Part shown: piece after piece, positions 39,641-49,198 of the stretch
Layout of the letters: each line of letters starts with the position of its first letter
Numbering within the stretch: position 1 is the first letter of the stretch
Source: Candidatus Woesearchaeota archaeon
GTDB lineage: Archaea > Nanobdellota > Nanobdellia > Woesearchaeales > GCA-2687795
Reading direction: 5' to 3'
Assembly (NCBI GenBank): GCA_002687795.1
Contig: NZBG01000034.1
Coordinates: forward strand, 10,362-74,361
DNA: 64,000 nt
Program-made: the position numbers and the translations under genes
The notes under the pieces: model-generated
What the model saw: only the letters and a program-made list of their open reading frames with translations
Told to the model about the DNA's origin: nothing
The model's database searches: none

Positions 39641-41183
39641 CAGACTTAATCCTTTCTTTCTCTTTAAGGGATTTGTTGCTCTCTGAGTATTCAGCCTTTT
39701 TCCTGGCAAACCCTTTTCTGAAAATATCAAGCACTTTTCCATCCACATCAGCGGGGATTGGCAGCCCGGCCAGGTAAAGCATGGTAGGCTGGATATCTAT
39801 GATTCTTGCCCCTTTTACCAGTTTATTATCTATGCCCATGCCCTTAACCAGGAAAAAACCATCCTTGCTGTGATGGAACCTTGGTATATCCAAGAACTCT
39901 TTTGAAGAAAATGTGTTATCTATCTCATAATCTTTCATGTCTATGATTATATCGCCTTCCATTGCAAGCCCTTTATAGAATGTTGTGATATCATGCCCTT
40001 CCACCTTTCCGGTGGCCTTTAATTCCTTAATAATATCCTGCTTTATTTTGTTTCTTTCCTTATCATCAAGATTATCATTGATCTTGATAATAGGGCAGCA
40101 GCCAAAGCTGCAGTAAGCCTTGGAATTCTTTATATCAATCTTTGATTTTATAATATTAAAAGGAAAGAGGTATACAAAAAATGTGTAAAAAGGCTCCAGC
40201 AGCTTATACAAGAGCTTGTTGCTTTTAATAACATTCATAAGCCAGGACAAGTTAACATCCCTCTTCTTCTTGGTGCGGTAAATATCTTCTTTGATCTTGC
40301 TTCCTTCTCCTGTTGTGCTGAGATATCCCCCGTTTTTCAGGAAAGTGTTCACAAAGAACTTGCCTTTAAATTCTCTGAAGCCATGGTCGCTTAATATTAT
40401 CATGTAAGTATCCTTATCCATCTTTCCCAGCAGGTTGCCGATTGTTCTGTCAACCTCTGCAAATATTTTTTTGCTTTCTCTGGCTAAGCGCCCATTTTTG
40501 TTGTTCAGCAATTTATCATATATCTTATGCTGCACCCAGTCTGTTGAGGAGATTATAAAGCAGCTTAGGTCATAGTCATGCTTTGCTATTTCTTCAATAA
40601 CAGAGCATATCTTCTTTGTTAGTTTCAGATGGTCTTTTATGGTTTTCAGATATCCTTTTGAATGCTCGGTAAAAGGGGTATAGCCATCTAAGACAGGATA
40701 CTTCTCAGGCAGGCTTTTTGGGTGAAACAGGTTTATGTCTTTGTTATCCCCTGTGCACAGCCAAGAATAAACAATATCCCCCTTAATCTTTGGCGGCCTC
40801 GTATATGGCAGGTTTAATAAAAAGACTTTCTTATTATTCTCGTCAAAGATTTCATAGAATGTTTTCTCTTTTACATCAAGGCCAGAGGTTAAATGCATCT
40901 TAAAATCCTTTGTAAGCCTAAAGAAATTGATCACCTTATGCCTGCCTATATCCTTGCCAGTCTGGAAAGATGTCCATGTTGCTGCTGTCAATGGCGGATA
41001 GACTGTCCTGAGCTTCCCGTACGCCGAGTCATTAAGCAGCCTATTCAGGTTAGGCATCTCTTCCTTAAGGCCTTTAATCAGGCCCAATCCTACACCGTCA
41101 AGCCCTAAAACGATAAACTTCATTCTACCTAAGACTAATTTAACTATGTTTATAAATGTTAACTTCCATCGGGCTTCATCCAA
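39618..41183 (-). CDS. Alkaline-phosphatase-superfamily type I phosphodiesterase/nucleotide pyrophosphatase-like enzyme
   Basis: FIVLGLDGVGLGL...VYPPLTAATWTSFQTG (Thr nucleophile region) ... ILSDHGF, the metal-binding motif. Confidence 0.6.
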   Translation of the reverse strand: MDEARWKLTFINIVKLVLGRMKFIVLGLDGVGLGLIKGLKEEMPNLNRLLNDSAYGKLRTVYPPLTAATWTSFQTGKDIGRHKVINFFRLTKDFKMHLTSGLDVKEKTFYEIFDENNKKVFLLNLPYTRPPKIKGDIVYSWLCTGDNKDINLFHPKSLPEKYPVLDGYTPFTEHSKGYLKTIKDHLKLTKKICSVIEEIAKHDYDLSCFIISSTDWVQHKIYDKLLNNKNGRLARESKKIFAEVDRTIGNLLGKMDKDTYMIILSDHGFREFKGKFFVNTFLKNGGYLSTTGEGSKIKEDIYRTKKKRDVNLSWLMNVIKSNKLLYKLLEPFYTFFVYLFPFNIIKSKIDIKNSKAYCSFGCCPIIKINDNLDDKERNKIKQDIIKELKATGKVEGHDITTFYKGLAMEGDIIIDMKDYEIDNTFSSKEFLDIPRFHHSKDGFFLVKGMGIDNKLVKGARIIDIQPTMLYLAGLPIPADVDGKVLDIFRKGFARKKAEYSESNKSLKEKERIKSVIRSLSV

Positions 41184-41260
41184 AAACTCGCATAGCTCTG
41201 GTTATTCTGCCAGGAAAATGCAAAAATTTATAACAAAAATATTATTATTCATCTGTTAAG

Positions 41261-41815
41261 ATGCCAAAGAAAAAAGAAATCAGGAAACTGAATATAAGAT
41301 GCAACAATGAAAGGCTGGACGGGTTTTGGAATATTGACAGCATCAAAGGGGAAGCTGTTGATGAGGTGGTTGATTTTGGCAAACCATTGCCTTACCCTGG
41401 TAATTCCATAGAGCATATAAACTGCTTCCATGCCCTGGAATATATAGAAGATTTCGGGCATATAATGAAAGAAATCCATAGGGTATGCAAAAACAATGCT
41501 GTTGTTGATATCAAAGTCTGCCATTTTACTTCGGCTCCTGCATATAACCCGTTCCACAGGAATTTTTTCAACTCAAGCACATTCGGGATTTATGACAAGT
41601 CCCTCTCCTGGCCAACCAGGCTAAGGAGCAGAATGAAGGTTGAGTTAAGGGTTCTGGAAAATAAGCTGGTTTTTAACAAAGGCTTTAATCCCCTGAACTA
41701 TCTCGGGCCGGTTTTCAACCTGAGCAACGGATTAAAATTTTTCTATGAGAATTCATTCCTGAGAAACCTTATCCCTGCAAGAGAAGTCCATTTTATACTA
41801 AAAGTTGTTAAGTGA
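41261..41815 (+). CDS. Methyltransferase-type-11-like protein with a degenerate SAM-binding motif I
   Basis: KLNIRCNNERLDGFWNIDS occupies the position where the family has LNLGCG...; downstream there is PYPGNSIEHINCFHALEYIED. Confidence 0.35.
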   Translation: MPKKKEIRKLNIRCNNERLDGFWNIDSIKGEAVDEVVDFGKPLPYPGNSIEHINCFHALEYIEDFGHIMKEIHRVCKNNAVVDIKVCHFTSAPAYNPFHRNFFNSSTFGIYDKSLSWPTRLRSRMKVELRVLENKLVFNKGFNPLNYLGPVFNLSNGLKFFYENSFLRNLIPAREVHFILKVVK

Positions 41816-41817
41816 TT

Positions 41818-42975
41818 CTATTTAAGTAATCCTATTTTCTTCTTCAGAATATACCTGACTATATCATACCAGTTTTTCCCGCAGTCAGACCTGCATGTCC
41901 CGCAATAGCTCTTTATGTCTTTTCTTATAGCATCTGCCTTCTTGCTGAACCATATCCGGCTTAAATCTGTCTCAAGCGCATTGCCCAGCTTAGCGGATTT
42001 GTTGTTCATGCACATAAACACATCCCCATTATTCTCTATGAAGATTGTTGAGTATCCAAACACGCACCCCCTGCTTTTGCTTCTTCTTTTTCCCCAATAC
42101 ATATTGATTATATCGTTGGTGTACAGCTCTTCATATATCTGCTCCCCGGAAATCCTCTTTAAGAAAGCTGTTATCTTTTTTATCTGGCTGTCTGTAAATG
42201 TCAGCTCTTTATTCTTTGTGTTGCTGAAGAACGAGCTTGGGTTGATGATCAGATGGTTAAAGGCATATTCTAACTTGTTTGACTTGATGAACTCATATAT
42301 TTTATCAAGCTGGTGCACATTTGCAGGCTGGATAACACAGCCTATGGAAACACCAAGCTTACTGTTGCTTTTCTGGATTTTCTTAAGCTCTTCAAGCATA
42401 AGCATGGCATTATCGAACACAAAAGGCAGCCCCCTGACCTTATTATGCACTCCCTCCAAACCATCCAGAGACAGCCTGACATTCAGCTTTTCAAAATCCT
42501 GAGGGAGAATCTCTAAAATCCCTTTTATTTTTTCCAGGGCAGGCTTATAAGCAACACAATTAGTGGAGAAGCCTATTGTCTTGAGCTTTTTACATTTTTT
42601 TAGGGCTATCTTAACAATGCCCACCAGATCCTTCCTTAAAGTCGGCTCACCCCCGTAAAGGTGCAATGACTCTATTGAGTCTAAAAGCGGGTCAGAAAAT
42701 ATCTTTTCAATATCTTTGATGCCTAAATCATCCTCTGCTTTATCTTTCCAGACATTGCACATCAAACACTTTCCGTTGCACTTTTTTGTGACTGTAAATA
42801 TGCAGGCGTTTGGCTTTGAAGCTATTCCTCTCCCTGCCATGAAGCCTTTATAGATGCTTCTGGTTACCCTATTGACCCTCTTGTAAAAAACAGGTGTTTT
42901 AAGCATTATAGGTATCAGGATTCCTTGACTATTATTTAAGTTTTGTTGAAGTTTGTTTCTTAAGATATCATACAC
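41818..42975 (-). CDS. Radical SAM enzyme with a SPASM-like C-terminal Cys cluster
   Basis: FTVTKKCNGKCLMCNVW, a C-terminal SYCGTCRSDCGKNWYD, and an internal GCVFG...CMNN. Confidence 0.75.
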   Translation of the reverse strand: MYDILRNKLQQNLNNSQGILIPIMLKTPVFYKRVNRVTRSIYKGFMAGRGIASKPNACIFTVTKKCNGKCLMCNVWKDKAEDDLGIKDIEKIFSDPLLDSIESLHLYGGEPTLRKDLVGIVKIALKKCKKLKTIGFSTNCVAYKPALEKIKGILEILPQDFEKLNVRLSLDGLEGVHNKVRGLPFVFDNAMLMLEELKKIQKSNSKLGVSIGCVIQPANVHQLDKIYEFIKSNKLEYAFNHLIINPSSFFSNTKNKELTFTDSQIKKITAFLKRISGEQIYEELYTNDIINMYWGKRRSKSRGCVFGYSTIFIENNGDVFMCMNNKSAKLGNALETDLSRIWFSKKADAIRKDIKSYCGTCRSDCGKNWYDIVRYILKKKIGLLK

Positions 42976-43174
42976 AAAAAAGAATACCTACAAATTCACT
43001 AAAAAATTCCTTTGGAATTTTTGGTGTCCCAGAAATTTCTATGTAATTTCTCAGGACATTTGTGGGTTAGATACTGGGTATCTTTTTTGGTCGCCATCCT
43101 CCCACTTCAAGCATGTTCTATTATTTAAAGGAAACACATAACTTCAGTTGTAGGAGGATGTCATTTCAAAAAAG

Positions 43175-43217
43175 TTTATAAATAAGAAGCATATTCCCTG
43201 ACTATAAAACGGGGGGG
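43175..43217 (+). promoter_or_regulatory. Candidate archaeal TATA box (TTTATAAATA) and G-rich ribosome-binding site upstream of the SDR operon
   Basis: TTTATAAATA at 43175-43184. A run of seven G at 43211-43217 lies 8 bp before the ATG at 43225. Confidence 0.3.
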
Positions 43218-43224
43218 TTTAAAG

Positions 43225-44217
43225 ATGGAAAATAAGAAAGTATTAGTTACAGGCGCACCGGGATGGCTAGGCACAAGAGTAGTAGAAGTTCTATGTTCAA
43301 AAGGCTATGATGTAAGATGCTTTGCACTAAAAGGCCTTGATTTGTCCTCTTTAAAGAAGCTTAACGTGGAGACGGTTGAGGGGGATATAACCAAAAAGGA
43401 AACCATAACTGAGGCTGTTAAAGATATTCATACAGTGGTTCACTGCACTGGGCTGATCCACCCTAAGAAAATAAAAGAGCTCTATGATATCAATACCCAG
43501 GGCACTAAAAATATTCTGGAGAAATCTGCGGAAGCTGGTGTTAAAAAGTTTGTTTATATCAGCTCTAATTCTGCCCAGGGATGCAACATCAGGAGAAATA
43601 TGCTTATGAGGGAAGACCAGAAGGAAAAGCCTGAAAAGAGCTATGGCAAAAGCAAATACCTTGCTGAGAGGGCTGTAAGAAGTTTCCAGAATTCTGGGAA
43701 ACTCAACACTGTTATCCTAAGGCCATGCTGGTTTTATGGCCCCGGCCAGCCTGAGAGGCAGACAAGGCTGATGAAGATGGTAAAGGCAGGAAACCCTTTG
43801 ATCTTCGGCAATGGCAGAAACATAAGGAGCATGAGCTATATAGATAATATTGTTCAGGCAATCATCCTTTCTATGGAAAAGGATATTGCAAACGGAAAAA
43901 TATATTGGATAGCTGATAAAAGGCCTTATGAAACAATTGAGATATACAGGACAATAGCTGATATACTGGGAGTCAGGTTAAAGCCGCGTTATGTGCCAAA
44001 GATAGTTTCCCAGGTCCTGGAGATAGGAGATGATATCCTGCAGGCGCTTGGGTTTTATATCCAGGAGGTGCATGTAGGCGGAGAGCTTGTGAAGAACATT
44101 GCATGCGACATATCAAAAGCTGAAAAAGAGCTGGGGTATGATCCTAAGGTTGACCTGAAGGAAGGCATGAGAAGGTCCATTGAATGGGCAGAAAAGCAGG
44201 GTTATCTAAATGACTGA
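43225..44217 (+). CDS. NAD-dependent epimerase/dehydratase/reductase (extended SDR)
   Basis: VLVTGAPGWLGTRVVEVL and YGKSKYLAE (YxxxK). Confidence 0.8.
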   Translation: MENKKVLVTGAPGWLGTRVVEVLCSKGYDVRCFALKGLDLSSLKKLNVETVEGDITKKETITEAVKDIHTVVHCTGLIHPKKIKELYDINTQGTKNILEKSAEAGVKKFVYISSNSAQGCNIRRNMLMREDQKEKPEKSYGKSKYLAERAVRSFQNSGKLNTVILRPCWFYGPGQPERQTRLMKMVKAGNPLIFGNGRNIRSMSYIDNIVQAIILSMEKDIANGKIYWIADKRPYETIEIYRTIADILGVRLKPRYVPKIVSQVLEIGDDILQALGFYIQEVHVGGELVKNIACDISKAEKELGYDPKVDLKEGMRRSIEWAEKQGYLND

Positions 44218-45247
44218 GACATGCCTGGTAACAGGGGGCTCAGGCTTCTTCGGGACCCATCTTGTGAGGAAGCTTCTTGAAAAGAAAAGAAAGGTCAGGG
44301 TTTTTGATATAGCTGAGCCTGAGGAAGGTGTCAGGGGTAAAGTAGAGTTCTTTAAGGGAGATATAAGAGACTTTGATTCTGTTAACAAGACATGCAAAAA
44401 CATTGATGTTGTTTACCATACTGTTGCTGTTGTGCCCATCTCCAAAGCAGGCAAAAAGTTTGATGAGATTAATGCCGGCGGAACAAGAAATATTCTCGAG
44501 GCTGCCTTGAGGAACAAGGTAAAGTCTTTTGTGCATATATCAAGCACCGCTATCTATAAGGTTCCAAAGAAAGGAGATGTAATAACAGAAGACTATCCTA
44601 TAATGCCTGTAGGGGATTATGGCAGGGCAAAGTACCATGCTGAAAAGATATGTTTTGAATACATGAAAAAAGGTCTTAACATAACCATCCTAAGGCCAAG
44701 AACAATTATAGGAACAGGCAGGCTCGGCATATTCTCTATCCTGTTCGACTGGATAAGAAGAGGCAAAAATATCTATATTCTTGGCAATGGCAATAACCTT
44801 TTTTCCTATGTCAGCGCCTCAGATCTGGCTGAAGCCTCTATCCTGGCAAGCAAGAAGGGCTTTGGCTTATTCTTAAATATAGGCGCTGAAGAATACGGAA
44901 CTTTCAAGGGGGACCTTAAGAAACTGGTAAGGTATGCAAAAAGCAAGTCAAGGTTTGTAACCATAAACGCTGAGCTGACCAGGCTCATTTTGCAGGTGCT
45001 TGATAAGATTGGCTTATCACCTTTGACAGAATGGCATTATAAAACGGTTGACAAGGAATATGTGTTCGATGTGTCAAAAGCAAAGAAGGTTCTTGGATGG
45101 AAGCCAAAAGACAGCAACGAGAGAATGTTTAAAGATACCTATGACTGGTATCTTAAAAACTATAAACAGCTTGATAAGCGCATAGGAACAACCCATAGGT
45201 TTTCCGCAAAACAGGGAATATTAAAGCTGTTAAAGCTCTTTTCATAA
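44210..45247 (+). CDS. NAD-dependent epimerase/dehydratase/reductase (extended SDR)
   Basis: CLVTGGSGFFGTHLVRKLL and YGRAKYHAE. It has an 8-bp overlap with the upstream SDR gene. Confidence 0.8.
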   Translation: MTETCLVTGGSGFFGTHLVRKLLEKKRKVRVFDIAEPEEGVRGKVEFFKGDIRDFDSVNKTCKNIDVVYHTVAVVPISKAGKKFDEINAGGTRNILEAALRNKVKSFVHISSTAIYKVPKKGDVITEDYPIMPVGDYGRAKYHAEKICFEYMKKGLNITILRPRTIIGTGRLGIFSILFDWIRRGKNIYILGNGNNLFSYVSASDLAEASILASKKGFGLFLNIGAEEYGTFKGDLKKLVRYAKSKSRFVTINAELTRLILQVLDKIGLSPLTEWHYKTVDKEYVFDVSKAKKVLGWKPKDSNERMFKDTYDWYLKNYKQLDKRIGTTHRFSAKQGILKLLKLFS

Positions 45248-45262
45248 CCATTTTTCATAATT

Positions 45263-45907
45263 ATGATAAAGATAGACATACATGTGCATACAAAGTATTC
45301 CAGGGACAGCTTGCTTGAGCTTAAAACAATAAGCAAGCTCTGCTCAAGAAAAGGGATTATCCCTGTTATATCTGACCATAATTCTCTTAAAGGCGCGCTT
45401 CAGTACAGAAAGCTGTTCAAAGATTGCATAGTTGGGGAAGAGATCAACACCTCCCAGGGAGAGATAACAGCTCTTTTCTTAAACAATGAAATACCTTCCG
45501 GGCTGGATATTGATGCCACAATAGACAGGATAAGGGAGCAGGATGCTGTTTTATATGTTCCCCATCCCTTTGATTCATTAAGGAGGGAAACAATAAAAAC
45601 ATCAGCCCTTTCCAGGATTAAGCCTGATATCATAGAGGTCTTTAACTCCAGAACTGTTTTATCTGCCTCAAATAAAATGGCTAAAGAGTTTGCCATTAAG
45701 AACAAGTATCTGAAAGGCGTTGGCTCTGATGCGCACACCGGCAGAGAGATAGGGAATGCCTTTGCTGCTGTGGAGGATTTTAACCTTGATTCTAAGAAGG
45801 ATTTTCTCAGGAATCTCAAAGATGCAAAGTTTTACTGCAGGAAGTCAGGCCTTGCAGTGCATGCTGTCACCTTTTTTGAGAAAAGGCTTAAGCTCGTTAG
45901 AAAATGA
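45263..45907 (+). CDS. PHP-domain metal-dependent phosphoesterase
   Basis: MIKIDIHVHTKYSRDS ... VPHPFD ... GSDAHT, the His/Asp-rich PHP motifs. Confidence 0.55.
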   Translation: MIKIDIHVHTKYSRDSLLELKTISKLCSRKGIIPVISDHNSLKGALQYRKLFKDCIVGEEINTSQGEITALFLNNEIPSGLDIDATIDRIREQDAVLYVPHPFDSLRRETIKTSALSRIKPDIIEVFNSRTVLSASNKMAKEFAIKNKYLKGVGSDAHTGREIGNAFAAVEDFNLDSKKDFLRNLKDAKFYCRKSGLAVHAVTFFEKRLKLVRK

Positions 45908-45917
45908 ACCTTCTAAG

Positions 45918-46790
45918 TCAGTAATACACTATCAAAAAGCTGGATGCAAGCCATAGGACTATTCCTATCATCATCCTTATGTCAAAGAACACTTTCTCAG
46001 GATGCCTTGTAACTTCCGAGCCTTTCTCGATAAGGTACAAATACCTGAATATCACATAAAGCGCGAATGGAAGAGTAAGCACAAGGTACTGGTTTATGCT
46101 TAAGAAGCTGTACAGTGAATAAGACATGATCAGCAGGCTTGTGGAAATAACCATCAATGATTTTGTGATCGGCTTTGTATAAAAGCTGAAGACCTCTTTA
46201 TGCGAGACTGCTTTCTCCCCAAGGTAAACCAGGTCAGCCTCTCTCTTCCCTATAGAGATAAACAGGGAAAGAAAAAACACGCAGATGATAAGCCAGGGGG
46301 ACAGCCTTAGCCAGGGCATGCCATCAACCATTATAACAAACACCCCTGAAGCAGCCCTTACCACAAAGTTGACTGCTATTATTATAATATCAACAAAAGG
46401 CTCTTTCTTGAGAAAGAAAGAATAAAGCTGTGTAACCAGGAACAGGAACAATATAAACAGCAGGAAATATCCTGATAAGGATATCCCTATGCCAAGGGAT
46501 ACAATAAACAATGTTATTGCCAGTATTATCGCCTGCCAAACCTTTATCTTTCCTGAAGCCAGGGGCCTTAACCTCTTTTCAGGATGGTTGATATCCTTCT
46601 TTATATCCACTATATCATTGATTATATAATTCACAGACGAAATAAAACAAAGTGCCAGAAAGCCATAGAAAGTCTTTTCCAGTCCAACAAGGTTTAGAAG
46701 CTCACTGGCGAATATTATAGATAAAAATATTACCAGGTTCTTATACCACTGCCTTACTCTCATCAAATAGATTATATCTCTTAATTTCAT
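45918..46790 (-). CDS. UbiA-family polyprenyl-phosphate (phospho)glycosyl/prenyl transferase, DPPR-synthase-like
   Basis: 8-9 TM helices; YIINDIVDIKKDINHPEKRLRPLASGKI is the NDxxDxxxD motif; N-terminus RVRQWYKNLVIF. Confidence 0.65.
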   Translation of the reverse strand: MKLRDIIYLMRVRQWYKNLVIFLSIIFASELLNLVGLEKTFYGFLALCFISSVNYIINDIVDIKKDINHPEKRLRPLASGKIKVWQAIILAITLFIVSLGIGISLSGYFLLFILFLFLVTQLYSFFLKKEPFVDIIIIAVNFVVRAASGVFVIMVDGMPWLRLSPWLIICVFFLSLFISIGKREADLVYLGEKAVSHKEVFSFYTKPITKSLMVISTSLLIMSYSLYSFLSINQYLVLTLPFALYVIFRYLYLIEKGSEVTRHPEKVFFDIRMMIGIVLWLASSFLIVYY

Positions 46791-46804
46791 TCCAGAACAT
46801 AGAT

Positions 46805-48070
46805 TTACTTCTCCATTAAAAAACCTTTCGATGAGCTGGCTTCTGAACTGAATGCTGATTTACGCACAAACACGCCTTTTAGCAGCAGCTTAGACAGCTG
46901 CCTTGCATACTTCAGCCTCAGGAAGCTGAACAGGTTCCACTTCTTAACAGCAGGAGCAGCGCCGATCTTTTCTATATCTTTCATGGAAACCGTAAACGCA
47001 GCTGTCTTAGCCATCACCATAAGCAAAGAGAAGACCGCCAGGAGAAAAATAACAGGCCTTAGGTATACAAGATTCTTTATTGACAACGCCAAAGGTATGG
47101 CCAGGTATGGCAGCATTGATGCAATATACCTATGGTCTCTTGCATCTCCTCCCCACCAGGTTTTATGCTTTGAGATAAGAAGGAACAAAGGAAGGCAGAG
47201 AAGAGCAAACATAACAAGAAACTCCAAAGGAAGGTAATAAAAGCCAATAACCCCGAATATCAGCACAGGGCTGATCACAAAGATGCCGCCGTTCTTTATA
47301 GAGAAAAGCAGCCCGGTTATTCCTGAAAAGATTGGCGTGACAAATGTTGTGAAAGGCGAGTTTGACCATTTAAAGAATGCGCTGTGTTTGTAAGATGTTG
47401 TGAAAGGAGAGCCAAAACATATCTTGTTATAGAGGAAAAGAGGTGCAATGCCTATAACAAAGCCAATAACCAGGTAAGGTGTTGACCAGAAATCTCCCAA
47501 AATCAGTTTAGAGAGAACGATTCCTCCCAGATACATAACATTGGTGTATTCAACCATTGCAGCAAGCCCTATTATTATTCCTGCAAATACAGGACTTAGC
47601 CCTATCAACAGGCAATAGACAGCAGCCAGTATAAGGAAGGTTGACAAAGAATGTATAAAGAACACAACACTGTATCTCCAGTTCAGTGTGCTGAAGGCGA
47701 AAATAAGCGCTGTTACAAAAGATATTGAAGGGCTGTTAACCAGCATCTCCGCTATAAGATACACCAACACACAAGAAAATATCCCGGAAAGCCATGAAAC
47801 AAGAGTTACCGGAAGCCTAAGATAATGGAACACAACCGCTGCAAAAGCCAAACCAGGCGGCCTGTCTGTATAATAATTATCTCCTATTTTAGCATAGTCT
47901 ATTTCCTTTGTATACTTTGTGAAATCATTGATAGCTAATTTTTTCTTTTCAACAATCGCCCTCACCAAAGCAAACAGGCTTCCGTCATTAGAAGTAATTA
48001 TGCCCTTCATCGACAGGCCGTAAATAATCCCGACTATAACTATAAGCATAATCAAGAACAATTTTAACAC
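46805..48070 (-). CDS. Polytopic membrane protein; GT-C-like (polyprenyl-P-sugar dependent) glycosyltransferase candidate
   Basis: 421 aa, about 11 TM helices, with a first-loop acidic motif (SNDGSLFALV ... DYAKIGDNYYTDRPPG). Confidence 0.4.
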   Translation of the reverse strand: MLKLFLIMLIVIVGIIYGLSMKGIITSNDGSLFALVRAIVEKKKLAINDFTKYTKEIDYAKIGDNYYTDRPPGLAFAAVVFHYLRLPVTLVSWLSGIFSCVLVYLIAEMLVNSPSISFVTALIFAFSTLNWRYSVVFFIHSLSTFLILAAVYCLLIGLSPVFAGIIIGLAAMVEYTNVMYLGGIVLSKLILGDFWSTPYLVIGFVIGIAPLFLYNKICFGSPFTTSYKHSAFFKWSNSPFTTFVTPIFSGITGLLFSIKNGGIFVISPVLIFGVIGFYYLPLEFLVMFALLCLPLFLLISKHKTWWGGDARDHRYIASMLPYLAIPLALSIKNLVYLRPVIFLLAVFSLLMVMAKTAAFTVSMKDIEKIGAAPAVKKWNLFSFLRLKYARQLSKLLLKGVFVRKSAFSSEASSSKGFLMEK

Positions 48071-49158
48071 TTCCTATTCTCGCATTTTTGATATACCGGG
48101 CAATCTTCACAGACTTTAGGGGTCTGCCCTGATCTCAGCATTTTTCTTAATGCTGTGAACTTTTTCCCGTACCATATCTCTCTAAATGGTGTTTCAAAAA
48201 CATTGCCCATGCTGGTCTTTTTCTGGAACTCTCTCCTGTTTGCCTCATTCTCAGCGCAGCATGGTATAACATGCCCGGTAACAAATATATAAGGCATTGC
48301 CCATGCAATACAGTTGTTCATTGTTACCTTATTGCAGTCAGCCTTTGTGTTAAGGTTCCATAGGATTGTCTGCTTGCATTCTTCGCCAACTTTATCTACC
48401 CTTTTTATCTGCTCCTTGGTTATCTTTGTATTGATATCCTTAATCTCTTCAAATTCATGAAGGTTGTTTGTAAACTGTATATGCTCATTTTTTGGGCAGA
48501 TTCTGGCGATTAGCCTCACAAAATCCTCCATCTCATGCTGGTTGATCTTATTCACAATATAATGGAATGCAATCAACGGCAGCTTTGTGCCTCTCTTCTT
48601 TTTCTCTCTGGTGAAATTTTTTATATTCTCAACCACTGTTTCGTAATTAGAGCCAACCCTGATTTTCTCATAGGTTTCTTTTGTTGTCCCGTCCATTGAA
48701 ACATAAACCTTATCAATTTTTGCATCAAAGATTTTTGACAGGATTTCAGGAGTCATTTTACAGAAAGAATCGAATATCTCTGTATACTGCCCCTTCTTTT
48801 TTGAATACTCAAGCATCTTTGGAAAATCTTTGTTGAGAAGGTTGTTGCCTATGCCGCTAAAGCCTACCCAGGTTAGCGAAGGTATCTGGTCTATTATCTT
48901 CTTGTACTCGTCAAGGCTCATCAGCTTTGGCTTTTCATCCCAGTATGTATGCTCGCATTCTATACAACGAAGATCGCAATAAGTGCTGATTTCAATCTCA
49001 ATATAATAAGGCATTGGAACTTTTTTATAGAACATATCAACAATTCTCTTATTATGCCTCATATACAAAGGCCAGTATCTTAAATGCCTGTATGTAAACC
49101 CCAGGCCTCTCTCCTTCAGGAGATAGTACACGTTCCTTATCCTTCTCAAAAACATCAT
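48064..49158 (-). CDS. Radical SAM enzyme with a SPASM-like C-terminal Cys cluster
   Basis: IEISTYCDLRCIECEHTYW and a C-terminal CCAENEANRREF...CEDCPVYQKCENRKC. Confidence 0.75.
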   Translation of the reverse strand: MMFLRRIRNVYYLLKERGLGFTYRHLRYWPLYMRHNKRIVDMFYKKVPMPYYIEIEISTYCDLRCIECEHTYWDEKPKLMSLDEYKKIIDQIPSLTWVGFSGIGNNLLNKDFPKMLEYSKKKGQYTEIFDSFCKMTPEILSKIFDAKIDKVYVSMDGTTKETYEKIRVGSNYETVVENIKNFTREKKKRGTKLPLIAFHYIVNKINQHEMEDFVRLIARICPKNEHIQFTNNLHEFEEIKDINTKITKEQIKRVDKVGEECKQTILWNLNTKADCNKVTMNNCIAWAMPYIFVTGHVIPCCAENEANRREFQKKTSMGNVFETPFREIWYGKKFTALRKMLRSGQTPKVCEDCPVYQKCENRKC

Positions 49159-49198
49159 TTTTGTATCACCTTTAATAAATTTTAAGCTCTAAACCGAT

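Noticed and set aside
41915-42516. 195-aa and 67-aa plus-strand ORFs
   Set aside because: They are antisense to the SPASM radical SAM gene 41818..42975, which has clear cluster motifs.
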